Assembly (NCBI GenBank): GCA_047495785.1
Contig: JBLDXI010000033.1
Coordinates: 186,001-250,000 of the forward strand
Direction of reading: 5' to 3'
Origin: Lepidodermella squamata
Lineage: Eukaryota > Animalia > Gastrotricha
DNA length: 64,000 nt
Shown here in pieces: positions 50,570-62,447 of the stretch; position 1 is the first letter of the stretch; each line of letters begins with the position of its first letter. The notes beneath the pieces are model-generated. The model was given only the letters and a program-made list of their open reading frames with translations. It did no database searches and was not told the origin of the DNA. The position numbers and the translations under genes were made by a program.

Positions 50570-52098
50570 GGGCTTCCCGCGGGTGAAGTCTCGTAGTTTC
50601 GTGTAAAAATCGACGGTAAAATACGCCTGGACAATACAAGATTGTTTCCTATGATTAAATTCGACTTTAGATTAACGTTGTACAGCAAGGAGGAATTAAA
50701 TCTAACTTTTTGCGCGTAATGCTCTAAGCAATAGCTTTAATTACACGGTCTGGACGGGGAAGCGCCAACTTGACGACCACATCGTTTTTGGTAAGATTGA
50801 CTCGGGCATATTCCAGGACTGCGGCAATGTGCGAACATTTGAAAATACCACGTACACAGTCGTTCGAGTCGGAGGAAATACGCGAAAAATGCGGGAGATT
50901 ATTGTCTCTATGCGAATGATCAACCCGGGTACGAATAGAGAGTTCAAAATATTCAAAGGCCCGGATTTTATTCGAGGCCACGAATGGCTTCCCGCGCACA
51001 ATCGTAAGGAGCAGGTTAAAATGATCAAAAGAACTCCAAATTAATCAGAAACCTATCAAGTCAATTTGTAAATTTGTAAATTATATTAACAAAGCGCCTA
51101 TTTTTACATAATCATGTGGTATATTTTAACTAGTTTAAATTATTTTTCAAAGTGAAATTTGTTTTTTCATCAATATTCGGGGTTTTCCTGGTTTGGGTTA
51201 GGGCTAGAGTTAGGGTTGGGTTCAGGGTTGGGTTGGTCTGGATGGGGTCGTGAACGCGCGTATTGTCGCATTTTACACTCAACAAATAAAACGATCCAGT
51301 AAAATGTAACAGGCATATGCGGCCACCGGTCAAACGACATCAGGACGGGCAACAGCCGATGACGAGGATGTAGCAGTGGGAGTCGGAAAGGGAGTTGAAT
51401 TTTCACAATCGAACGAATAGCAGGAATAAGAAATATATTACCCGGGCTAAAAATCCTTCGATTATTATCGACTTCTTTGCAAAGTAAAGAAGTAATGATT
51501 GCACGGGAATATAGATGACTCCAACAACTTTAATAAGGCCCGGAATCCAATTTATTAACATTTCTTTAAATGCTTCTGTATTGATGCAATCGGTCGACAT
51601 ATATCAAAGAAATGTAGTCGATTGCTACTCAGATGAGCAAAATCGTTGGGATTATTCGAAGCTGTTGAGTGTGTCTACAGCTTCGTGGCTTCTGTAGAAA
51701 CAGCTCGCCGATGGTGTCGGAAGGCAACAAGTTATTCGAGCGGACTCAACTTTTTTGAACTGGACACTCGAAGAGCGAGATTCGCACCAGGTTGTCAGAA
51801 ACGGGAATGTTTTGCTTTCTCGCTTGTTCCATCAGCCGAACCACAGCTAAATTTGTTGAATTTGTTGTTATTGAGCTAATCAATAAAAAATGACTGTAGA
51901 AATGCTAAGGTTTAGCTCAAAGAGACATTGAGCAACATAATCGAGAAATTCGAGCATGCCCAGCTCATGTTTTCCCTAACAAAACTTGAGTATGTGCTTC
52001 GTCATAAAAGCCTCAATAAAGATAAATTTATTGTTTGCCTCCAATATTTGAAAAATCAAATTCAGAAGAAATTATAATGCTTTTTTATTATCATTTAG

Positions 52099-52631
52099 GT
52101 CATCTCATGTATTTTCTGGCGCGTCAATGCAAAGGCACCGTTCATTACATGACTCCGAACCTTTTCTGGCATGTCGCGGCTGATGACGTTAAAATCGCAA
52201 GCGCGTGCGTGAAGCAGCCAGCCTTCGTATTTTATATTACCCAGAATCTCGCTCAAGTCATACGGGACTTCCGCAACGATCCTTCCGATTATTTCCTCCG
52301 CAATGACGTCGATCGTTTGATCGACCTGATGATCAAAATCACTTATGGCGATGGCAAGAAACTCGCGTCATTTTGGGAGCGGCCGCCAATAGTCAGCGAA
52401 GATTTGAAAGGCAGCTTCATCGAAGAACTTATCCTTCTGGGCAAAGAATGTGACCGCATGTCAAAAAATGACAAAAAGCCGATTTATTTTGATAAGTTGA
52501 AGAAAAAAATTGTACTTTTCTTGGGATCGATGGCCGGCAAGTCGATGAAATTTGCTACTCTCATTCACCTGGTAGATCCGACTTGCTCGCTGTTCTTCCC
52601 TAACATGGAAGGATCCATTCGTGTTGTATGA
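52099..52631 (+). CDS. G6 exon C (terminal); spliced G6 = 620 aa
   Basis: Acceptor catttag|GT CAT gives GHLMYFLARQ. 529+801+533=1863 nt. Confidence 0.85.
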
Positions 52632-54111
52632 GTGATAACTGGCATCGCATATTTTATTTTGCTCTATTTTCTGCATATTGTTTCTCAGCAATAATTTGGT
52701 TTCAGAAAGTCCGATTTTGATTTTCCAATCTTTGATTCATAGGGCTACCTGGTAATCGTGTTGTTTACATTTTGAGTAAATGCATCATTTTTGTCCGGTG
52801 GAGTACGATGACGCTGTGACACGTTCGAAATGAGACTGATTTAACACGATGAACCTATTGGCCGGTTTTAATCCGATCTCCGACTGGACCGTCACTCTGG
52901 ACGCGATTAACCCAGTTTTTTTACAGGTAACTTCGAGATTTATTTTCAAATTATTTCTGTTGAATGGAGAATCGTGCCATGAGAATCGGAAGCTTTATCG
53001 CGCTTTATCTATTTGGTTTCGACGCGGCTGCTTGGGAAACGTTCCAAGTTCTGGTCCTTGATGAACTTGAGCAGAGGAACTTTAGTGCAGTTGAGCTGTT
53101 TTTTGATTTCACCTATGCGAAGCTTATTGGCAAAAGACACCCTTCGTTAACTTCAAGTGTTTTATTTTTGAAAACGTGCATCAAAGACCCGAGATAATAA
53201 AGCCTTCTTGCTTGAAGTCATAGCTTGTAGATCAATCATAGTAATGGATAATTTTGGTACATCGAAGAAACAGTTGAAGTAGGACTTTGAAGATGATTAC
53301 GCAGAGCAAGCCATGTAGCCTGTCAGCATGGGGAGCTCCTACCTGGCGGCTCTCAGGACGATCCGACGCATCGGTTGGCTACTATTTAGTCAGCCTTCCG
53401 AATTGAACTCTTGTCTTGGTTATTACCTTAAAATTCTCCCATGATTATATATACCATTTACCAATATCCTCTCTTTTTAATTTTGAAGATTCATTTTCAT
53501 TTTGAAATTATAAATGCTACCATGACTTCTCTGCAAAACTCCGTTTTTCGTGTTGAGCTTTCATATTCTTCCTCAGCTATAAGCATGCACGAATTTATAC
53601 AACAGTGCTCCAAAAATCTACCAGGGCATAACTCCTTTGAATATGTCTATCGCTCGCTCTACACAGTCGAAACTCCTGAGGTAGCCTTTTCCAATGGGAA
53701 AAATGGGATTATGTGTCGCCTCCCGTGAATCTGCTTCGAGGTTATTATGAAAATGTTGGAAGTATAGCCATTATCTTACAAACCGTAGCCACGACCGACT
53801 TGTGTCATAGGTTTTCAGAAGCTTTTTACGTTAGTCCACCGTTGCATGACCCGACCGTCAATTCGTCAAATTAGACGTCTACGTGCCACAGCTTAACGCT
53901 TCGACGACGAATTGACTCTCGAGGTCGAAATTCTGAAACACTCATTCAAGACAACTACTTGGAAACCGTAAAGATATACCACGACGACCTCTGTGTATCT
54001 AAGCGTTGCGTCTTCGAAGTCCCCGTTTTTACTATTCAGACTGACAAACTTAAGCAAGTGGCTGATCTAGTCATAAAAACCTTGGTGGAAAAACTCAATC
54101 TCAACAAGTAA

Positions 54112-54230
54112 TGGATATATCCAGGATTTCCCTTTGTAATAACCAAAATAGATGTTGATCATCTTCAGTGTCCGAACTGTATATCAGTACTGAAACATCC
54201 ATTTCTTACTAAGTGTGGTCCACACAAAAC
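54112..54230 (+). pseudogene. TRAF-like RING finger fragment
   Basis: YPGFPFVITKIDVDHLQCPNCISVLKHPFLTKCGPH. The second half of the RING is missing. Confidence 0.35.
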
Positions 54231-56892
54231 AAGCCGGACTAGTATCCTGAACACCTCGAGTGGTACATTACAAGCTACCGACTCATCAAAAAAAGAGATT
54301 TCGTGGCAGAATGGGCGCTTGAGCTCACATCCGATTGGCCGGCGATGGTTGACATTCTCAATTATAGACATATAAATAATTTTAAAACCCCTATAAAAAC
54401 TTTTGCCTATGATCTCTATGAAACACGAATGTGTTTTTGAGTTATTGTTTGATACCGTCAGGTGTCACATTCATTATTTTCTAAAAATCTCGGACGGTTT
54501 TTTCAGCTCAAGCCCGTTATCCACTTTTATCTAACGAAGCGACAGAATAATTTTCTAGAAATCAGATTCTCACACCTACAATCGACCCCAACTTTTAGTG
54601 GTTCCTCGCCCCATTCCAAATCACAGCAATCAATTGTGGCTTGATTGATTCTCGCGAAGAACACCACGCCTAATTTTAATTCTAACTTTAGGACTGATTT
54701 TAGATCAGGCTGATATAGGGTTAGCCGAGCTGCAGATATCTTGGATGTTCTCAGCCATACCAGTCACCATCTCGCTAACTGATTGAACCAATCCGTGAGA
54801 TCTGTGCTGATAATTATGTAGATAAGAATAATTCAAGTGAACATTTCGAAGTTTACCATTTTAGTTGTTCTTTCGCACAGCCAGCGAAACGAATACTGTC
54901 GGGTCGGTGTCTGGTAGCTTGGGTGAAATAGATCATTGTGACCACGTGGCTGCCGACGGGTGCGACACAGGTCGGTGGTTCAAACCCCATCGACGACGCT
55001 TAGCGATAATCGCCCGGAGAGCCCGAGAAGCGCATAATTATGAAACTTTCGATTTCATTTTTCTAAGCGCTCACGAGCCCGGGAAAAATACGTTTAAAAT
55101 TAGCTAATTCCTACATCTAAGATGGATACTAAAATGCGGCGTCATTGTTTGTCACAGCCGGTCTGTGTGTGAGCAGGATTCTATTTACTTATCATTATCG
55201 CCAATAAATTTTCCGATATTTTCAATCGTATTTGCTATTTCATTTCACGTACCATATTGAGTAGCATTAGATTTCGAATAGCAAACAGCGCACAGCAGAT
55301 CAGATCATGGACATAGCGATGTGAACACATCAGGGTTGTTTATCTATGGCTATGGCACAATTAGGGGGTGTTGATACTTGGGTGTGCACGATTTGCTATG
55401 TAAACACACTCATTTATTAAATTTGCAATCGATTGAATGTGGAATTTACGCTCGGAAAATGTAAAACTAATATTTTCTAATTCAAAATTGCTCAAATTGT
55501 CGACAGATGAATGGTTGATTGTGATCGAGGAACCTGGGCCACAAAGACGGCGAAAACCGCGTCCACCCTCGGTCGTTGTCGTGACGGTCTTCAGTCCAAA
55601 AAATGTAAATCGGAACATTGAAAATATCAGACGTGGCACTAGACGGTGGTCGCAAAACTATCGCATTTTTTTCGCGGATAAGTAGCGTTTAGCATTGCCC
55701 TTTTAGTTTAAAGGGAGAAAAATAGAATTGTTGACTTCCACGTGGTCACACATATGCTTTGGAAGCTGAGAAATTTTTAGAAAATTTGAAGTACAAAAAT
55801 ATTTTTACCTGCTGAAAGAAACAGGATCCAGTCGCCTCGGTCGGTAGTACTTCGTCAGGGACTTGGGTCCTGGTAATGCTCACAGGATCTCGTTCATTGA
55901 ATGCGCTGTTGGCCTCGACTAAATCAAAACCAAGCACTTGAACAATCCGCCCCAACCGGCCGTGAGGTCTGTGGTTACCCGACAACGCTGGGACGCTAAC
56001 AAGCTTGCTGACGTTTTTTAATGACGCAAACTGGGTTTGCCATGACTCCAGTAAAAACTCGACAGTCTCAGAGACAGTGTTGACAGCAACGCATTGCCCA
56101 GACAACTCCCGTTACTCCAGTAACTGCCATCGGCTCGCACAGCCTTTTAATTTCCGCCATCAGTTCGTCAGACACAACAAAATGATATTCGAAGATCTCT
56201 CAGGAGATGCACGATTCGGCGGCTCAGCAACATCACTTAAACAGGGCATTGCAGAGAAAAAATTAAATTCTTGAATTGGTGAGATGAACTGTAATCTGTC
56301 AACACAAATCAAGCCTGTCCGAGGATCTCTCTGAAGTAACACCGTCATCTTTCGCAATGTGGAACGCTGCCGATTTTCTTCGGCCGATCGACTTTTCCGC
56401 CGACTGTCCGCTTTTCTGAGTTAGAGCTTTTCCTGGATCATGAAGAGGTTGGCCGTGTTGCCTAGCTTTTGCATTTAATGTTGACCCTCTACCTCGACCA
56501 CGCTGCTAACCGGTAGCAGACTGTCCACGCTTAGAACTCGTAGAAGCTTTACCGCAACCTCGTGATCCACGGCGCTTGGTTTCTGCTGGAGAGTTATCTA
56601 AGTCGTCAAGTGGTTCGAATGTGTCACGGAAACATAAAACAGTCAACTGCTACCCTTAATGATTTATTCATTGAAAATAAACTGAACACCAGTCACTGGC
56701 AAATTGAGAGCTTAAGTACTGACAATACTAGTTTGATAGAACGCACTACACAGCCTAATTAGTTATCACATGATCATATATCACAAGTCCTAGATCTTTC
56801 ACAGCTATGGTTATTCATCTTATTAGTCATGACCGTGATGCCGCCGTAACACCAATCGTTACAGAATGTAACCCTGCTTTTTCGAGTCGGGT

Positions 56893-57030
56893 AGTCATAA
56901 TTATCCTCGTTGTCGTTAGTCATGTTAATCTGTCAAGTCATGTCTCTTTTTGACTATCAGGGAGATAAATTCACCTTGGCCTTGAGAATGAAAGCTGGAA
57001 ATTTTAGGGATATAACATTATGCGATTTAT
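56893..57030 (+). repeat. ~140-bp direct repeat; second copy at ~60026-60152
   Basis: Shared TAGTCATGTTAATC...ATAAATTCAC...GGCCTTGAGAATGAAAGCTGG. Confidence 0.6.
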
Positions 57031-57474
57031 GGGCTTGATATAAAGCTAATTTCGTGCATGAATATTTCATTAATTTTACAACGAAAATGTCTAAATTCAA
57101 ACTAAGTTCGATGATTTTGTCGATTACAGGCTTTTTTGTCTTTTGTTAGCACCAAACTGGCGCATCGCTGCAAGCACTGTCGAAGAGATGTTGAGCTGGG
57201 ATTCGAGGTTGCCGCACGATTGGTTGCAGGTTCCGCTCGAAGTTGAAGCCGATTCCAATCAAGCTCGATCTGCATTCATTTTAAACCTGTTCGGGTCAGT
57301 TGCCATTACTTTTTTCAGTTTTATTCTCAGTGATGATTTCAGTTGATCACTTTATTACGGTTTGAAGCTTGTGCTCGTAAAGCTAGAATATGTTCTAACG
57401 AATGGCCGAGTTGGCTGAATAAATCTTGCTTTTAGAGTACGAGTCAGGGGAAAATCTCATGCCGGTACCAAATT

Positions 57475-58189
57475 TCATTTAGACAACATAAGCCGCGAAG
57501 CAGGCGATGTCCAGAATGTTGAAAAAGAAGACATTCGACCATTTGCGCGAGATTCGACGGCAGGTGTACAGCCGAACAAGATGGTAGCGTAATTGACCAT
57601 CTTTATGTGATCATCGAAGCAGAATCGAGAAGATGCCATAGATCTTGTCTTCGATGCGAGAGGAATGTCCGGGTTGTTGGCTTTCAACGTACCGACCAGA
57701 GTTGTGTTGCTGGCGAGTATCTGCTGAGCAAGTGAACAGCTCGTGGAGTAGTGTAACAGGGTCAAATGGTCTGGGTTCACAGGTCACAGGTGACGTTTCG
57801 ACCAGTGTTGAGAATGCATCGGCATCATCGCATTGTTAGATCGGTAACTTTGTTGCGAAGCCTTCTTGCTTTCCAAGGTACACTTCACCGGCAAGAGGAT
57901 ACGAGATTTCGGCATCGCAAAGCCAGAAGATCTTGATGCCGTACTTGACGGGCTTTGACGGCATGTCCTGGCGGAATGAGCAGCGACCACGGGTGACATT
58001 CGGACCCGGCCGGTACATCGCCTGAAATGCCTGAAGTTGGTAGTGGAACAGTGCCCAGATGTCACGGACGCTTGCCAACTTGTAACCAGTCGCTGATTTC
58101 CCTAATTTCAACAATTCATTGATAAATTGGCGACTAAGAGTTTCACACCGATGGTGTCGGAAGGCAACAACTAACTCCGCATTGAACAT
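57475..58189 (-). mobile_element. piggyBac transposase remnant (frameshifted)
   Basis: GRCSFRQDMPSKPVKYGIKIFWLCDA...EVYLGK and TTLVGTLKANNPDIP. Confidence 0.8.
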
Positions 58190-59019
58190 AGTTTGGACTG
58201 GATAGCTTGTGGAAAATTGTACTCGCCCTTCGCTTAGTTGCAGCCAACTCTCCTTAATAGCGACAATTTTGATGACTTTGAGCTTCAGGGCTTGGTATTA
58301 GCTTCAGCTTACGAGATGTCGCTCTCGTGTTGTGTGCTTTATACCGCTGGTACCGGTTAAGGGAGATGAACGGGTTCGCTTTAAGGAGCCAGTACCGGAT
58401 TGAGGTTGTCTTCAGATTCAGGTGCCGGGTTCTGATCGCCTACAGATGCCGGTGCCAAGATAAGTGCCGGGCCAGTAAGATTGCCGTCAGGTGCCGAATT
58501 AGGATTGCCTTCGTGTGCCAGACTGAGATTTCTTCTGTTGCAGGTGCCGGGTTTAGATTAGCTCCAGACGAGGGTGCCGAGAGTGACTGCAAAGCACCCA
58601 GATCTTCGCAGGAGATCTCCAGTAGGTAATCAAATGTCCCAACATTCTCCACCTCCGCCAGTGTTCCGATGACAACGTGCTTCGAAATAATGCCAAATTT
58701 CTGAAATCATGGCAATTGATAATTGATAAGAAAAAATTTCGCCTAACCTAATATGTTTGGATTACCATATTTGGATGAGGTATAATAGTGGCGATTCAGA
58801 AGAATGAGCATTAGCGCAGGGATGTTGCATTGTAGAGCATTCAGTGATGCATGATGCATAAGATGAATATGCCCACCTCACATCGAGAAGCCTCTGCATT
58901 GTTTTAACGACAACTCCGAAATCCTCGGCGATATCTCTCAGCTGCTAAATTCGAGCTGGGGACGGGCTATAGAACCGATAAATAGCATTTGCGAAAGAGA
59001 TGAAAGCGTTTACCGAATT

Positions 59020-59215
59020 ATTATCTTTTATAGCATCACGGACAGCTTGCTTAAGGCGATGTGCCACGCAATGAAATATCCAGAGCAGACCGGAAATTAT
59101 TTTCAAAATGTTACCTCATCACAAATTACAAATTAAGATGAGTTTTGATCCAGAATAAATCGAACTAAATTACCGACACCTCCAATCACTCCCATCATGA
59201 CGCTAGCAATCCTGT
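59020..59215 (-). mobile_element. hAT (ZNF862/KIAA1586-like) transposase remnant
   Basis: Minus strand ASVMMG...GV and IFHCVAHRLKQAVRDA (CxxH motif). Confidence 0.55.
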
Positions 59216-59639
59216 CCAGTGGGCTTTGAGAAATTGCTCAGTAAGAGAAAGTTGAAACCGAATCAATCATTGATTTATTTAATGCTAATCAGTCCACTCG
59301 ACGATGGCTGGTCGAAAACAGAGCTGAAATTGTAATTAATATTTGTAGGCTGGTCGCCCAGCGCGGGGCTCATGGTCGGAAAAACCCATGTGAGCTTGAC
59401 GGACTCCCAGAACCGCTAGCCTGCAGCAAGTTGAAAATCTGCCCAAGTACACCGGCATTCGATTTTCAATTGCTGATGCTGTTGATGCTCCAGATATATA
59501 AATGGACAGCCGAAGCGTTGAGTTGTCTCAGTGTAGGCGATGCCTTAGCCTCGCCTTTTGGGCGGCGAATTAACAGAGTCTTCGCTGCTCGATGAGCCTG
59601 TCGCCGTGCTTATATATAAAAGGTCGTATTCCATGTGAA

Positions 59640-59930
59640 TTACCAATATTTTTTATGAAAATTCAAAGAAATCTCGTTCAAACAGTCCCAGCAGTCGTTT
59701 ATGATAAACAGTAGGAGTTCCGTACCTTCAGCTTCCTTAAATCTTGCATGTTTTGCGTCGATTTTGAGAAAGCTCAAAGCTTTTGCGACGCTCATTGAAA
59801 AAACTTGAATCGCATACTTGAATTTCATTGGCCATTTCTCCCATTCTGCATGATTTTTAGACAAGGAATTTGCCAGCTGCATGAGCTGCATGCTATCTTG
59901 AAGTTCAATCAGCTTATGGACGAAATTCAC
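59640..59930 (-). mobile_element. P-element/THAP9-like transposase GTP-binding-domain remnant
   Basis: LIELQ...LANSLSKNH...MKFKYAIQVFSMSVAKAL...FKEAEGT...IINDCWDCLN. Confidence 0.75.
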
Positions 59931-60888
59931 GTCAGCAACATATATTTTCTCATCAATATCTTCGAAGAGTGGTATCGTGGTGTCGTGGAGTGGATCGAAT
60001 GTAACACTGCTTTTCGAGGCGTGTTGTCATAACTATGGTCATTATTGGTAGTCATGTTAATCCGTTATCTCTGTTTACTGTCAGGGAAATAAATTCACAT
60101 AGGCCTTGAGAATGAAAGCTGGCAATTTCAGGGATCTTAGATTTGCGATTTATATTTGTAACGGGGGACCGGAGCTGGGAAGAAAAGGCGTCCTTTCTTG
60201 TTTAATTCACCGAAAAGAAAATGCCCTGATGGGAATATAATGAGTAAGCCCTTGGAGTCCCAAAATAGCGGCGAGAACACCTACCTAATGCTGTTCGACC
60301 ACGGCGCCGCTTGGCTCCGACCTTTTCGACTCGTTTCATCGTTTCTACGGTCAATTTTCGGCGGCCGTTGTACAGCTCAAAGCCGACGGTGTGAGAACAA
60401 ACGGATTCGACGTAATTTGTGAATGGGTTTTGTGGCAAAGCATGTGCCGTATCGCACGCGCCTTTTTCATTCTTCAAATTTCTGCGTTAGGTGATTTAAG
60501 TCGATTAGGTGGAATATGTGGATTAGTTGAATTAGGTGGATTCTGTTTCTTGATTTTGCTCCAGTCTTGAGCTAATGAGCTGGCTGGCGAACTCCGAATA
60601 TCAGCGAGAGCCTAGCGTTCAGCAATTCTGTTATAGATTCATTGGTTGATTTAGCTGCTGCTTGGTACCGGTTTTTACGGAGAGAACGGAGAGAAACTTC
60701 TGGTAAACCAAGAAGAAGGATTCTTCTATTTCCGATGTTTCACGTGATTGCGGCGAAGAATTAATAATTATTAATAAACCAAATAATGAACCAAAGAGTC
60801 ATAGAAGGCGCTTGACATTGGCATCGTGACATCGACATTGAATATTTTACTGAAATTGTTTAATACATTTTAATTATTTGCTTCCTAG

Positions 60889-61094
60889 GGCATCTCGTGT
60901 ATAATCTGGCGCGACAATACGAATGCATTATCAAACACATGAATCGGAACCTATTCTGGCCAGGCTTCGCTGGTGATAAGAAAATTCATTACCTGGTAGA
61001 AATTGCTCTGGGCGACTGGGCGATGGCTCGTCTCAGAAACATGAAGGATGCTTGTGAAGGCGAATGGTTCCGGAGGCTGAACTCGGCAATATAG
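60889..61094 (+). pseudogene. Orphan, truncated exon C of the TPR array
   Basis: Intact acceptor cttcctag|GG CAT gives GHLVYNLARQ...NLFWPGFAGDKKI, after which similarity is lost. Confidence 0.7.
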
Positions 61095-61907
61095 TTGCGG
61101 TCGCATCGAAACTTGGTAAATTTCCCATTCACTAAACAATTGAAGTTTTGAAAATACCTCATTCGCCTTGATAAATATGGATGATTAAAGAATGGATTAA
61201 ATAGGGAATAGGGAACTATATAACCCAGAAAGGAAGCTTCATCCCCAATTTGAGTCTATATATAGTATTCAGATTCCGTTGTTCAGTTGAATAATGCATC
61301 CTTATGCATTAGCATTTGATCGGACGCGTTGCTTTGATGTAAAACTTAATACATGAAAATAGCGCGTGTCGAACGGTAAAAAGCAACTGATTGGTTCAAA
61401 ACTGGTTTATTGATAAAGACCGTTAACATAAAACAACCTATTTTATGGCGATATAAGGTTTCATTCTCGTGCTAGCCAGAAACTACGAATCAGTACTGAA
61501 TCAGTGGCCAATCGGGACTCCTTCCTTTGTCCATTTCTCGCATCACTCGCTCGAAGTGAGCATATGAAAGAAAATCTCACGGCACCATACTGATCCTCAA
61601 ACTGTGATTTCAACAATTCCCTCATAATCCCCAGTGCACGGCGTTGAATTTCCGAATGCACTTTCTATGACTCCGAGAAGTGAGTATAAGTAGTGGATTT
61701 ACGAGGATTATGATTGTATTGAGGATTTTGTCGTGCAACTCTTAGTTGTTTCATGATGGAATGCGAAATGTGTGTCGCCATTTGTGGTGAAGTCTTTCAT
61801 TTCCGGGTAAACAACACAGAGGAACCTTGTCGACGAGCGCGCGTTCATTTCATCTGAACTTCAGTCGATTGAATTCCGTTATATTTGTGCCATAAAATGT
61901 CTTTCCT

Positions 61908-62308
61908 ACCCGCCCAGATCCTGCCGCATTTCTCGCTACGAGGTCAAAGTAATAGGAAACTTTAGAAGCTTGACTTACAAGTGGATAAACCCAATCTTTA
62001 CACGTAATAAAAGGAATAAGAAATTGTTTAATTGTCCTCGGGTGTCAAACATTCCTGAGAGTCAGCCTATTTCGAATCCCCAAGGTATTTTGAGAATTTC
62101 TCGCCAACTTGGTGTAAAGTTTACAGAGGAGATGACCAAGGCCGACCGGTGAATATTGGGCATGAAAACGAATCGTTAGGGCACCTTACCCTATACTTAT
62201 GAGAACATTCGAATTATTGTCTGAGACCTCTGTTTATTTGAATTAATTTAATTTTTTTCCACTGGTAGCTGCTTAATACTTTTATTGCGCAGGCTTTGCT
62301 TTTCCGTT
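61908..62308 (+). repeat. Segmental duplicate of the L1-L2 spacer (41869-42275)
   Basis: Near-identical ~400 bp beginning ACCCGCCCAGATCCTGCCG. Confidence 0.85.
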
Positions 62309-62447
62309 GTACGATGAAATGCGGAAAATGGGCGAGGTTCTTTTGCTGCGAATCCTTTCATTTCCTGGTGAATAACAGAGCATAGCCTAGTCAACGAGTG
62401 CGTGATCGAACTCAAGTCGATTGATTATCGCAATATTTGAACCAGAG

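Noticed and set aside
54900-55000. GGTTCAAACCC B-box-like motif suggesting a tRNA or SINE
   Set aside because: No cloverleaf or convincing A-box could be built.
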